Shown here: piece after piece, positions 17,759 through 25,895 of the stretch
Numbering within the stretch: position 1 is the stretch's first letter
Layout of the letters: every line of letters begins with the position of its first letter
Assembly (NCBI GenBank): GCA_963809345.1
Contig: CAWEJF010000007.1
Span: 72,708-136,707 of the forward strand
Reading direction: 5' to 3'
Length of the DNA: 64,000 bases
DNA from: Candidatus Aminicenantes bacterium
GTDB taxonomy: Bacteria > Acidobacteriota > Aminicenantia > Aminicenantales > Saccharicenantaceae
Translations under genes and position numbers: made by a program
Notes under the pieces: generated by a model
Database searches by the model: none
Told to the model about the DNA's origin: nothing
Seen by the model: the letters and a program-made list of their open reading frames with translations, nothing else

Positions 17759-18415
17759 CTATTTTCTCTTTTCGAGAGCTTCGATCTTCCGCCTGTATCC
17801 GTCCGGATCGGGGATGCCGAAGGTCATGGTCTTAAAGTAATCTTCCAGCTCGCCGACGTACTTGCTTCCCGAGACCAAGGCCGGCGACATCTTCCATTCG
17901 TTGGGGGGGGCAAAAGTGAAGGCGTACTTGACGTACTGTTGGCGGAATGAATACGTCCAGACTTCGGCCCGATAGGCCTGGACGTCCTCGTTGCTCCGGC
18001 TGACGCTGGCGGTGACCGGCTGGCCGATCTGGGTGCCCCAGCTCGTGTTCTGATCCACGTCGATCGATGCCGGCGGCCCGTTGAGAAGGTAGATTCTCGC
18101 CCGGTCGGTGTTCCAGGGCTGGCTCGAATTCTCCCTCTTGTAGGCGTTCATGACATAGTCCAGCCTGTCCTGGAATATCGTCCGTGAGCCGGACTCCCTG
18201 GCGGCCCAGAAGAGATCCTGAAACTCTTTCTTTGCAGCCTCGGTGAGCGCCCGGTAAGCCGTCCTCTCGAAATCCTGCATGATAGGGTAGTGCTGAGTGT
18301 ACCAGACGTCTTTGGTCGGCATCATCTTGACCCCGCACGAGGCCAGAGCCACGAGGGCCAAGAACCCGCCGACCGCCCCCTGAAGAGATTTCCGCGTGAA
18401 ACTGTGATGAGTCAT
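17759..18415 (-). CDS. GWxTD-like lipoprotein (degenerate motif)
   Basis: ORF track, 218 aa. Lipobox LVALASC. Motifs FWAARE and QPWNTDRARIYLLNGPP. GGGAGG SD. Confidence 0.75.
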   Translation of the reverse strand: MTHHSFTRKSLQGAVGGFLALVALASCGVKMMPTKDVWYTQHYPIMQDFERTAYRALTEAAKKEFQDLFWAARESGSRTIFQDRLDYVMNAYKRENSSQPWNTDRARIYLLNGPPASIDVDQNTSWGTQIGQPVTASVSRSNEDVQAYRAEVWTYSFRQQYVKYAFTFAPPNEWKMSPALVSGSKYVGELEDYFKTMTFGIPDPDGYRRKIEALEKRK

Positions 18416-18450
18416 CGCTCACCTCCCAAATCACACGATTCCATAAAATC

Positions 18451-18479
18451 ATCATAGGGCGGGCGGAGCGACAAGTCAA
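18451..18479 (-). promoter_or_regulatory. sigma-70-type promoter for the GWxTD-like lipoprotein
   Basis: The minus strand reads TTGACT-17-TATGAT, 35 nt upstream of ATG 18415. Confidence 0.6.
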
Positions 18480-18565
18480 CCGCTCCCTTATGACCGTTCC
18501 GCGCGATGAACCTAAAATGAAGGGGCGGCGTTATCTCGAGGCCGGGGCGCGAGATCCCGCGCGGC

Positions 18566-20761
18566 TCACAGCCGCCAGAGATAGGAGGCCTTGAAGAACA
18601 GGCCCCCCTTCATCTCGAGGAAGCGGCCGGCGTCACGGTATTCGCCGTCGACCCACTCGGTCCTGTCGTAGAGCGATCCGTAGCCGAGCTGGATGACCGT
18701 GCCGGGGATGTAGGTGAAGGAAGCCAGGAGGTCCGTCAGCATCTCACGGCGGAAGGCGTTGTATTCGACGACGCCGCGGACGAAGAAGTACTTGTTCATC
18801 TGGTAGGTCAGGCGTCCGCGCCAGATGGCGTAATCGTATTCTCTCTCACCGGTCGACCGCCGGGTGAAGTCGGAGTAGGTCAGGCTGGCCGTCAGGTCGA
18901 ATTTCTCCGAGGGCTTGTAGATCATGCTGCCCGAGACGCGGCTGCCGTAGCCCTGGTATGGGTCAGGAACATAGCGAATGGAATTGGCGAACGCATAGAG
19001 ACCGCGGAGAGAGAGAGATTTCGTGACCTGGCTCAGGACCTGGAAGAGACCGCCGCTCGTGTCGAAGCGCCGGGCGAGGAAGACCTCCGTGGAATAGCGC
19101 GCCTGGGCCTGGATGTTCGTGTTCCCGGGCAGGAGCATGGTCAAGGAGAAGCCGTCATACGTTTCGAAGAGCCCGCTCGGCAGGTCTTTGGTCACGGTCG
19201 CGAAGAAGCCGGGAACGACCTTACGGAAGAAGCGGCTCTTCGGATAGAGCCGCGGCGTAACGGATGCCTCGAGGCCGGCCACGCCCTGGCGTATCAGGTA
19301 GCCCGTATCGGTTTGGAAAAGTTCGGAAATATCATAAAATGATATACTTACGCCGAGATTCCGGGTGTCGTAAAGATAATCGGCCCCCAGGGCGAAGCCC
19401 CCATCCGTGTCCGTGCCGGCTTCGGCCCTTGTCCACGAGCTGAGCCCATGGAAGCTCAGCTGACTGGCTTTTGACAGCCGGAGCTGGCCGTCCGCGCCGG
19501 CCACTTCATTGAAGCCGCCGCCATACTCGCGGGCCGTGTAGAACGCGCCGAGATAGCCGTCGCTCGCGACCGCCCGCTTGTAACGAAGCACGGCGAATCC
19601 GGCGTACTTATCGGTCCCGGGGACGTCAAGCGGGCCGCTCGATGGCGATTCGTCGAGGGCGAAGATCGAAGCGACCGTGTCTTTCTTCCCGACCTTGCCC
19701 GAGAGCTTGAAGCCGACCCGCGGATCGACGATCATCCGGGTGTGGACGACGGCCCTGAGGGGATCGGAGTCCGAGGTCCCGGCCAGTTGGAACATCTCGC
19801 TCCCCTCCAGGAAGAACGGCCTCTTCTCGGGAAAGAAGAGGTCGTAGCGGAGGTTGACGTCGACCTGGCCCGCGTCGGCTTCGATCTGGCTGAAATCGGG
19901 GTTGTACGTCCCGTCGAGAATGAGCTGGGAAGTGATACCGTACTTCGCCGTTAGATGACCATCTTGGACGGCCCGCCCGCCGGTGAGCGCGCCGTCGATG
20001 CGCTCGGCCCCGTCCCGGAAGGTATAGGCCGGCAAGACCTCGAGCAGGGTATATTGCCGGATGTCCTCGAGCTCGAAGGGCATCATCTGGGTCAGGAAGA
20101 AGTAGCCGCGGGCCGGATCGAGGGCCGGATAGGAGGAATGCTCTGACCGGCGGGAAACCCGGCGCTCGAAGAAGATGGACATCTCCACACGCTTCTTCCC
20201 GGCATAACGGATGCTCTTGAACGGCACGGCAAGCTCGACACTGTAGCCGTCGGGATCGAGCCGGCCGGCGCTCGACCAGACGAAGTCGACGCTGAAATCC
20301 TCGTTGCCGCTGGCAAAGCGGCTGTCGGTCTGGATGCCGAGCGGATTGACATAAAAAGCGTAGAGGGATTGCCGGTCGTTGAAGCTGTCGAGGTTGATGC
20401 AGATGAAATCGTCCGAGCGGATGGTGTCACGGTCAGCCAGGGCGGCTTTGATCTTGTCCGGTTCCCGGTCGTAGCACTTGAAGGCGAAATAGAGGTTCTC
20501 CGCGTCGTAGGCCATGAAGGCGATCGTCCGCTCGCTGGCCTCCCGGCCGAAGTCGGGGATGAACGTTTTGATCAGCTCGACCGAGGGAGCCTCGCGCCAG
20601 ACGGCATCCTGGAGGCGCCCGTCGATCGCCGGCGGCGAACCGGTCCGCAGCGGCCGGAAGAACTCCCCCTCCCCTGCGGCGGGCGCGGCAGCGGCGTTAT
20701 GCACTGCGGCCGCCAGGAACGCCGCCATCCCGAGGGTCCCGAGGATGCGAAAGAAGGACAT
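18566..20761 (-). CDS. CBM9-like plus DUF5916-type outer-membrane protein
   Basis: ORF track, 731 aa. Signal peptide. IDGRLQDAVWREAP...ENLYFAFKCYD. Barrel-like C-terminal half ending YLWRL. Confidence 0.8.
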   Translation of the reverse strand: MSFFRILGTLGMAAFLAAAVHNAAAAPAAGEGEFFRPLRTGSPPAIDGRLQDAVWREAPSVELIKTFIPDFGREASERTIAFMAYDAENLYFAFKCYDREPDKIKAALADRDTIRSDDFICINLDSFNDRQSLYAFYVNPLGIQTDSRFASGNEDFSVDFVWSSAGRLDPDGYSVELAVPFKSIRYAGKKRVEMSIFFERRVSRRSEHSSYPALDPARGYFFLTQMMPFELEDIRQYTLLEVLPAYTFRDGAERIDGALTGGRAVQDGHLTAKYGITSQLILDGTYNPDFSQIEADAGQVDVNLRYDLFFPEKRPFFLEGSEMFQLAGTSDSDPLRAVVHTRMIVDPRVGFKLSGKVGKKDTVASIFALDESPSSGPLDVPGTDKYAGFAVLRYKRAVASDGYLGAFYTAREYGGGFNEVAGADGQLRLSKASQLSFHGLSSWTRAEAGTDTDGGFALGADYLYDTRNLGVSISFYDISELFQTDTGYLIRQGVAGLEASVTPRLYPKSRFFRKVVPGFFATVTKDLPSGLFETYDGFSLTMLLPGNTNIQAQARYSTEVFLARRFDTSGGLFQVLSQVTKSLSLRGLYAFANSIRYVPDPYQGYGSRVSGSMIYKPSEKFDLTASLTYSDFTRRSTGEREYDYAIWRGRLTYQMNKYFFVRGVVEYNAFRREMLTDLLASFTYIPGTVIQLGYGSLYDRTEWVDGEYRDAGRFLEMKGGLFFKASYLWRL

Positions 20762-20769
20762 CGACGTCC

Positions 20770-20798
20770 ACTCTAGGAGAATCCCGGACCCGAGTCAA
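20770..20798 (-). promoter_or_regulatory. sigma-70-type promoter for DUF5916 gene, predicts a leaderless mRNA
   Basis: The minus strand reads TTGACT-17-TAGAGT. Only 8 nt separate the -10 box from ATG 20761, and there is no SD. Confidence 0.45.
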
Positions 20799-20816
20799 TG
20801 CCAGGGCCGGACCGTT

Positions 20817-20845
20817 TTTACGGTCAAAGTGGATTCTGTTATAAT
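20817..20845 (+). promoter_or_regulatory. sigma-70-type promoter for the methyltransferase lipoprotein gene
   Basis: TTTACG-17-TATAAT with an extended TGt. Confidence 0.55.
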
Positions 20846-20884
20846 GGCGGGACCGAATTCGATCCTGTTCCGGGGAGGGACGCG

Positions 20885-21742
20885 ATGAGAAACAAGAACG
20901 CCGCGGTCTTCGCTCTTGTCCTCATCGCTCTGGCCGCCTCCTCCTGCACCCGCCGCCAGCCGGAACCGGCCGCCCCCGCGCCCCCCGCGGCCGATTCGCT
21001 CCGTCTCAAGGAAACGACCGTTCGTAACGTCACCAACAGGGTGATCGCCTACAGGATCTATCCGGCCGGAAAGCCCGAGGCCGCCGAAGACCGGGAGATC
21101 GCGCCCAACGCCGTCGACCGCTTCAAGACGGCGGCCTCTCTCTCGGTCGAGTTCTCCACGGGCAAGAAGGACACCGTCTATTCCCTCGACCCGGGCAGCC
21201 CCTATTCTTTCCGCTATGACGAGGGCGAGACGATCGATCTCTTCCTCGGGTCCCACGGCCGGGCCGACGCCGTCGACCTTGCCCCGTGGGTCCCGACGCC
21301 CCAATCGGTCGTCGACCGCATGCTCGAGCTGGCGGCCGTCACGGACAAAGATATCCTCTACGACATCGGCTGCGGCGACGGCCGCATCGTCATCACCGCC
21401 GCCCGCCGCTACGGGGCCCGCGGCGTGGGCATCGACATCGACAAGGCCATGATCGAGGAGTCGGAGCGGAACGCCAAGGCCGCGGGCGTCGAGGGCCAGG
21501 TCAAGTTCATCACCATGGACGCCACCAAGGCCGACATCGCCGAAGCCACGGTCGTCAGCCTCTACCTCCTCCCCGAATCGAACGCCCTCATGCGGCCCAT
21601 CCTCGAGGCCCAGCTCCGGCCGAAGAGCCGTGTCGTCTGCCACAATTACGCTATCCCCGGCTGGGAGAAGAAAGAGGTCCAGTCCGAGACGATCGAGGAC
21701 GAGAACGGGGAGAAGCACTACATCTATCTGTACGTCCGCTGA
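20885..21742 (+). CDS. lipoprotein-signal protein with class I SAM-dependent methyltransferase domain
   Basis: ATG 20885 with GGGGAGGGA upstream. Lipobox in MRNKNAAVFALVLIALAASSC. Motif I DIGCGDGRI. 285 aa. Confidence 0.75.
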   Translation: MRNKNAAVFALVLIALAASSCTRRQPEPAAPAPPAADSLRLKETTVRNVTNRVIAYRIYPAGKPEAAEDREIAPNAVDRFKTAASLSVEFSTGKKDTVYSLDPGSPYSFRYDEGETIDLFLGSHGRADAVDLAPWVPTPQSVVDRMLELAAVTDKDILYDIGCGDGRIVITAARRYGARGVGIDIDKAMIEESERNAKAAGVEGQVKFITMDATKADIAEATVVSLYLLPESNALMRPILEAQLRPKSRVVCHNYAIPGWEKKEVQSETIEDENGEKHYIYLYVR

Positions 21743-21776
21743 GCTATTTCTCCCGGCCGAGGCGGACGAAAAAAAA

Positions 21777-22011
21777 GGTTCATCTCCCGATTCCGGGTAT
21801 TCCCTCTCTTCGGCTTCGCTCCGGATATCGCTCCTTGCCCCCAGCCGGCGGGAAACGGACTCTTGGGATCGACCCGGCAGAAGTACGGCGGAGCGACACA
21901 AAGCCGGACTTCTGCGAGATATCTGAAACGAGTCTGGTCTTCCCTCACGGGGGCCTTGGAGCGATATCCATCGCAGCCTCGAGATGGATTCCCGGAAATG
22001 GGAGATGATCC
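21777..22011 (+). mobile_element. 235-bp non-coding imperfect-palindrome element (MITE / ERIC / Correia-like) with TIRs and A8 flanks
   Basis: The 5' end ggttcatctcccgattccggg matches the reverse complement of the 3' end, ggatcatctcccatttccggg, at 18 of 21 positions. A second arm pair is ggatatcgctcc (21823-21834) / ggagcgatatcc (21958-21969). There is a central 13-bp hairpin at 21877-21915. AAAAAAAA is present at both 21769-21776 and 22012-22019. Confidence 0.65.
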
Positions 22012-22046
22012 AAAAAAAAGGGCGCCCCCGCGGCGCGGGAGCGCCC
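22012..22046 (-). terminator. Rho-independent terminator of the small OM barrel gene
   Basis: The minus strand forms an 11-bp stem (one mismatch) from gggcgctcccgcg...cgcgggggcgccc, followed by T8. Confidence 0.7.
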
Positions 22047-22074
22047 GTATCGTTGGCTGGATCGCCGGTCCGGA

Positions 22075-22698
22075 CTAGAAGGCGATGCCGAGGCTCGCCG
22101 ACCAGACGCCGTTCTTGAAATCGGGCTGGACGTCGCCCTGGACCGTGGAGATGACCTTCTGCATGCCGAGGCTGTAGCGGACGTCGACCATGAAGTTGCG
22201 GCCGAGGTTCAGGCCCGCGCCGAAGATGGCGCCGTAGTCGTTGTTTTTCAAGAGCTTCTCGGCCATGGGGACCTCGACACCGTTCGACTCCAGCTTCTCC
22301 TGGAGCTTGAAGCCCACGGTCGGGCCGGCGAAGACGAAGGGCTGGATGACCGGCAGGGGGAGCTTCAGCTTGAGGAGCAGGGGCACTTCGATGTAGTCGG
22401 CGTAGAGCTTGTCGGTGAAGCTGTCGTCGAGGGCCACGTAGGTCGCGCCCTTCATCGTGTAGAGGGCCTCCCACTGGATCGTCACGACGCGCCCGAAATT
22501 GAGGGCCAGGAAGACGCCGCCGTTGAAGCCGACTTTGTTCTTCAGGGTGGCCAGGGGGTCCTGGGCGTCCAGGCCCGTCGGCTTGGCCATGTTGCCGCCC
22601 GCCTTGATGCCGAACTGGACGCCGGCACGAGCGGGCTGAGGCAGGGTCAGGAGCCCGGCGCATACCGCGATCACGAGGATTGTCGTCAGTTTCTTCAT
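22075..22698 (-). CDS. small outer-membrane beta-barrel protein (OmpA-N/OmpW-like porin family)
   Basis: ATG 22698 with GGAGGAG upstream. Signal peptide ...PQPARAG. Alternating strand pattern. Ends SLGIAF. 207 aa. Confidence 0.8.
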   Translation of the reverse strand: MKKLTTILVIAVCAGLLTLPQPARAGVQFGIKAGGNMAKPTGLDAQDPLATLKNKVGFNGGVFLALNFGRVVTIQWEALYTMKGATYVALDDSFTDKLYADYIEVPLLLKLKLPLPVIQPFVFAGPTVGFKLQEKLESNGVEVPMAEKLLKNNDYGAIFGAGLNLGRNFMVDVRYSLGMQKVISTVQGDVQPDFKNGVWSASLGIAF

Positions 22699-22830
22699 TG
22701 TCACTCCTCCAGGGACGGATGTACGGACGCGGGGTGCGCGTCCACTCCCATTGTCGCGGCGGGGCGGAGGCCTCACAATCCCCGGTAGGGGGGAATTGAC
22801 AGGGGCCCCATTCCCCTCTTGGAGGGTGAT

Positions 22831-22856
22831 GAAAAGCCGGCTATCTCATCGCCGGC
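22831..22856 (-). terminator. candidate terminator after the PPIase gene
   Basis: The minus strand reads gccggc-gatgagata-gccggc followed by TTTTC, 10 nt after the stop. Confidence 0.45.
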
Positions 22857-22866
22857 CGGGCGGAGC

Positions 22867-23895
22867 TCAGAGCCCGATGAGCTTGAACTTGGCCTTGTCC
22901 TTGAGGCCCTTGACGTAGTCCTGGACCGCCGACCCTTCCTTGCCCTGCTTGAGCCGGGATTCGAGCTCGGCGCGGACCTCGTCGAACGTCCGGGTTTCCT
23001 TCTTGCGATCGATGACTTTGAGGATGTGAAAGCCGAAGTCCGTTTCGACGATGCCGCTGAGCTCGCCGACGGGAACGGAGAACGCGGCGTCCTCGAAGGG
23101 CTTGACCATCTGGCCGCGGGCGAAATTCTCGTAGAGCCCGCCGTTGTCCTTGGACCCGGGGTCCTCGGAGTACTTCTTGGCCAGCTCGGCGAAGTCGGCG
23201 CCGGCCTTGGCCTCGGCCAGGATGCCCTCGATCTTGGTCCGGGCGGCGGCCTTTTCGGCGTCGCTCTTGCCCTGGGTCATGATGAGGATATGGCGCACCG
23301 AGGCCGTCTTGTCGCCGGACGATTCCTTCTCATAGGCCGTGCGCAGGTCAGCCTCGGAGACCGCGGCGCCCTTCGTGACGATCCCGGAGAGGAGCTTGTT
23401 GATGAGGATCGTCTCCTCGACGCTCTTCTTGACGTGGTCGATCGAGACGCCGGCGCCCTTGAGGGCGGTGAGGAACGCCTCTTCGCCGCCGGCCTGAGAG
23501 TACTCGGATTGCAGGGCCTGGTTCAGCTCATCGGCGGGGACGGCCATCTTGGCGGCCGCCGCGGCGGCCAGAAGGAGCTTGCGCTCGGCGAAGGAGGTGG
23601 CGGCCCGGTCGATGACCTCCTTTAACTTCCCGGCATCGAGGGTCTTGAGCTGCCCGGAGTTACTGCCCAGGTTGTCCCAAGCGGCCTGGAGGACGTCTGC
23701 GGCGGTGACGGAGAAGCCTTTGGTCTCGACAAGGACGGTCGTCTTGTCCGGACCGAGCCCGGGGACGATCGCGGCCAGGTCCTTGGCCAGGGTGAAGGCG
23801 GGCGTGCCCTCCTTGAGAGCGAATTTCTCGGCCTTCTGGGCGCAGCCGGAGAAGGCCAGCGCGGAGGCCAGGATAAGGGTCATAGCGTGCTTCAT
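22867..23895 (-). CDS. periplasmic parvulin-type peptidyl-prolyl isomerase (SurA/PrsA-like lipoprotein)
   Basis: ATG 23895 with AAGGAGA upstream. Lipobox ALAFSGC. Rotamase signature FGFHILKV. 342 aa. Confidence 0.85.
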   Translation of the reverse strand: MKHAMTLILASALAFSGCAQKAEKFALKEGTPAFTLAKDLAAIVPGLGPDKTTVLVETKGFSVTAADVLQAAWDNLGSNSGQLKTLDAGKLKEVIDRAATSFAERKLLLAAAAAAKMAVPADELNQALQSEYSQAGGEEAFLTALKGAGVSIDHVKKSVEETILINKLLSGIVTKGAAVSEADLRTAYEKESSGDKTASVRHILIMTQGKSDAEKAAARTKIEGILAEAKAGADFAELAKKYSEDPGSKDNGGLYENFARGQMVKPFEDAAFSVPVGELSGIVETDFGFHILKVIDRKKETRTFDEVRAELESRLKQGKEGSAVQDYVKGLKDKAKFKLIGL

Positions 23896-23983
23896 TCGAT
23901 TCTCCTTGGGTTTGCGGAAAACATCCAAATAGTAAACCACAAATCCCCCTACGGCGCAAACGGGTACCGGGGGCGACCCCGGC

Positions 23984-25267
23984 TCAGCCGGCCAGGACGA
24001 CGCGGTGGATCTTCTTCTTGCCCGCCTTGAGGAGCATGCCGCCGTCCGGGCCGAGGTCCTTGAGGGTCAGGAGGCGCTCGACGGAGTCGATGCGTTCGTC
24101 GTTGACGTAGAGCCCGCCCTGCTCGATCATCCTCTTGGCCTCCTTGCGCGAGGGCGTCAGTCCGACCTCGGCGAAGAGGCCGGCCGGGGCGATGCCCGCC
24201 TCGAGACGCGACCGCGGCACCGCCGTCGTGGGCAAGAGCCGGATATTATCGCTCGAAACGGCTGCTTTCGCGTCCGATGGACTGAGGACGGTGTTTGACG
24301 GCTTTCCGAACGCGGCGGCCGCAGCCTGCCGGGCCTTCTCCGCCTCGAGCTCGCCGTGGGTGATCTTGGTCGCTTCGAAGGCCAGGATGCGCTTGGCCTC
24401 GTTGATGCCGCTGTCCTTGAGCGTTTCGAGGCGCCGGATCTCGTCGAGGGGGACGAGGGTGAATATCCGGAGGAAGCGCCCGACGTCGCGGTCGTCGCAA
24501 TTGACCCAGTACTGGTAGAAGTCATACGGGCTGAACTGCGCCGCGTCGAGCCAGACGGCGCCCTGGGCCGTCTTGCCCATCTTGGCTCCGGTGGCCGTCG
24601 TCAGGAGGGGGAAGGTCAGCGCGTGAGTTGTTCCGCCCTCGACCCGGCGGATGAGATCGACCCCAGCCAGAATATTCCCCCACTGGTCGTCCCCGCCCAT
24701 CTGCAAGGTGCAGTGATACTTCCGATAGAGGGTCAGAAAGTCGTAGGCCTGGAGGAGCTGGTAGTTGAACTCGATGAAAGACAGGCCCTTCTCCAGGCGG
24801 AGCTTGTAGGCCTCGGCGGCCAGCATCCGGTTGACGCTGAAATGGCGGCCGATGTCCCTCAGGAAGGCGATGTAGTTGAGCGGTAGGAGCCAGTCGGCGT
24901 TGTCGACGGCGACGGCGTTGGTCCCGTCGAAATGGAGGTAGCGGGCGAGCTGGATGAGGATAGCCTGGCCTTGGGCGCGGATGATGGCCTCCTCGAGCAT
25001 CTGGCGCATCTCGGTCTTGCCGCTGGGGTCGCCGACCATGGTTGTTCCGCTGCCGACGACGGCGATGGCCCGGTGCCCGGCCCGCCGGAGGTGGACCATG
25101 GCCATGATGGGGACGAGGCTTCCGGCGTGGAGGCTCGTGGCCGTGCTGTCGAAGCCGACGTAGAAGGTGACCCGTTCCGCCTCGAGCATTTTGCGGACGG
25201 CGTCCTCGTCGGAAACCTGCGCGACGAAACCTCGCTCCTTGAGCTCGTCGTAGACGTTGCCGCTCAT
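23984..25267 (-). CDS. tyrS: tyrosine--tRNA ligase
   Basis: Start at MSGNVYDEL (ATG 25267). HIGH-type SLHAGSL, KMSKS-type KMGKT, and a C-terminal S4-like domain. 427 aa. Confidence 0.9.
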   Translation of the reverse strand: MSGNVYDELKERGFVAQVSDEDAVRKMLEAERVTFYVGFDSTATSLHAGSLVPIMAMVHLRRAGHRAIAVVGSGTTMVGDPSGKTEMRQMLEEAIIRAQGQAILIQLARYLHFDGTNAVAVDNADWLLPLNYIAFLRDIGRHFSVNRMLAAEAYKLRLEKGLSFIEFNYQLLQAYDFLTLYRKYHCTLQMGGDDQWGNILAGVDLIRRVEGGTTHALTFPLLTTATGAKMGKTAQGAVWLDAAQFSPYDFYQYWVNCDDRDVGRFLRIFTLVPLDEIRRLETLKDSGINEAKRILAFEATKITHGELEAEKARQAAAAAFGKPSNTVLSPSDAKAAVSSDNIRLLPTTAVPRSRLEAGIAPAGLFAEVGLTPSRKEAKRMIEQGGLYVNDERIDSVERLLTLKDLGPDGGMLLKAGKKKIHRVVLAG

Positions 25268-25352
25268 GGTCGTTCCTCGTGGGATGTATATCATGGGTGG
25301 GCGCCCATTCCAAGCCCCCGCCCGCGAATGGTCACGATATCAAGCCACAGGG

Positions 25353-25757
25353 TCACTTCTTGAGTGTCAGCTCGATCGTGCCCGAGCTTCCGTCGGAACC
25401 GGACCAGGTGCCCTTGAGGGTCTCGTTCTCGAGGGTGAGCTCAATACTGATCAGCACGGCCTCCATCGTATCAGGAAGGTCGAACAGGCAGGTCAGCTTG
25501 CTGTCCTTGAAGACGATCTCCCTCAGCGGCGACTCCGGGATCGCGCCGCTCGCGTCGCTGAGCGTGCCGGCATACCCGGTCTCGACCTTGGCGAGGACGA
25601 CGGTGATATCGAATCCCGTGCCCTGGTCGTTGACGGTGGCGGGGCCGATCCAAGTGCCGACGACGCCGGCTTTCTTGGGGGCCTGGGGGAAAGCGGTTCC
25701 GGCCAGAGCGCAGAGGCCGGCCATGAGGACGATGGCAGCGAACAGGGACCTTTTCAT
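25353..25757 (-). CDS. small secreted protein of unknown function
   Basis: ORF track, 134 aa. Signal peptide MKRSLFAAIVLMAGLCALAGTAFP. AAAGGAG SD. Confidence 0.7.
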   Translation of the reverse strand: MKRSLFAAIVLMAGLCALAGTAFPQAPKKAGVVGTWIGPATVNDQGTGFDITVVLAKVETGYAGTLSDASGAIPESPLREIVFKDSKLTCLFDLPDTMEAVLISIELTLENETLKGTWSGSDGSSGTIELTLKK

Positions 25758-25845
25758 GCTCGGGCTCCTTTCAAGTCGCCGTCACGTCAGACTTTAGCAG
25801 AGACGGGCTGACGGTGTCCACAATCATAAAGACGGGCCCGCGTTC

Positions 25846-25874
25846 TTGACGGCTGCGGGCGGCTCCGCTAGATT
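25846..25874 (+). promoter_or_regulatory. sigma-70-type promoter for the Tat-AKR gene
   Basis: TTGACG-17-TAGATT. Confidence 0.5.
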
Positions 25875-25895
25875 GGAAGCGCCGCGAGGAGAGCG

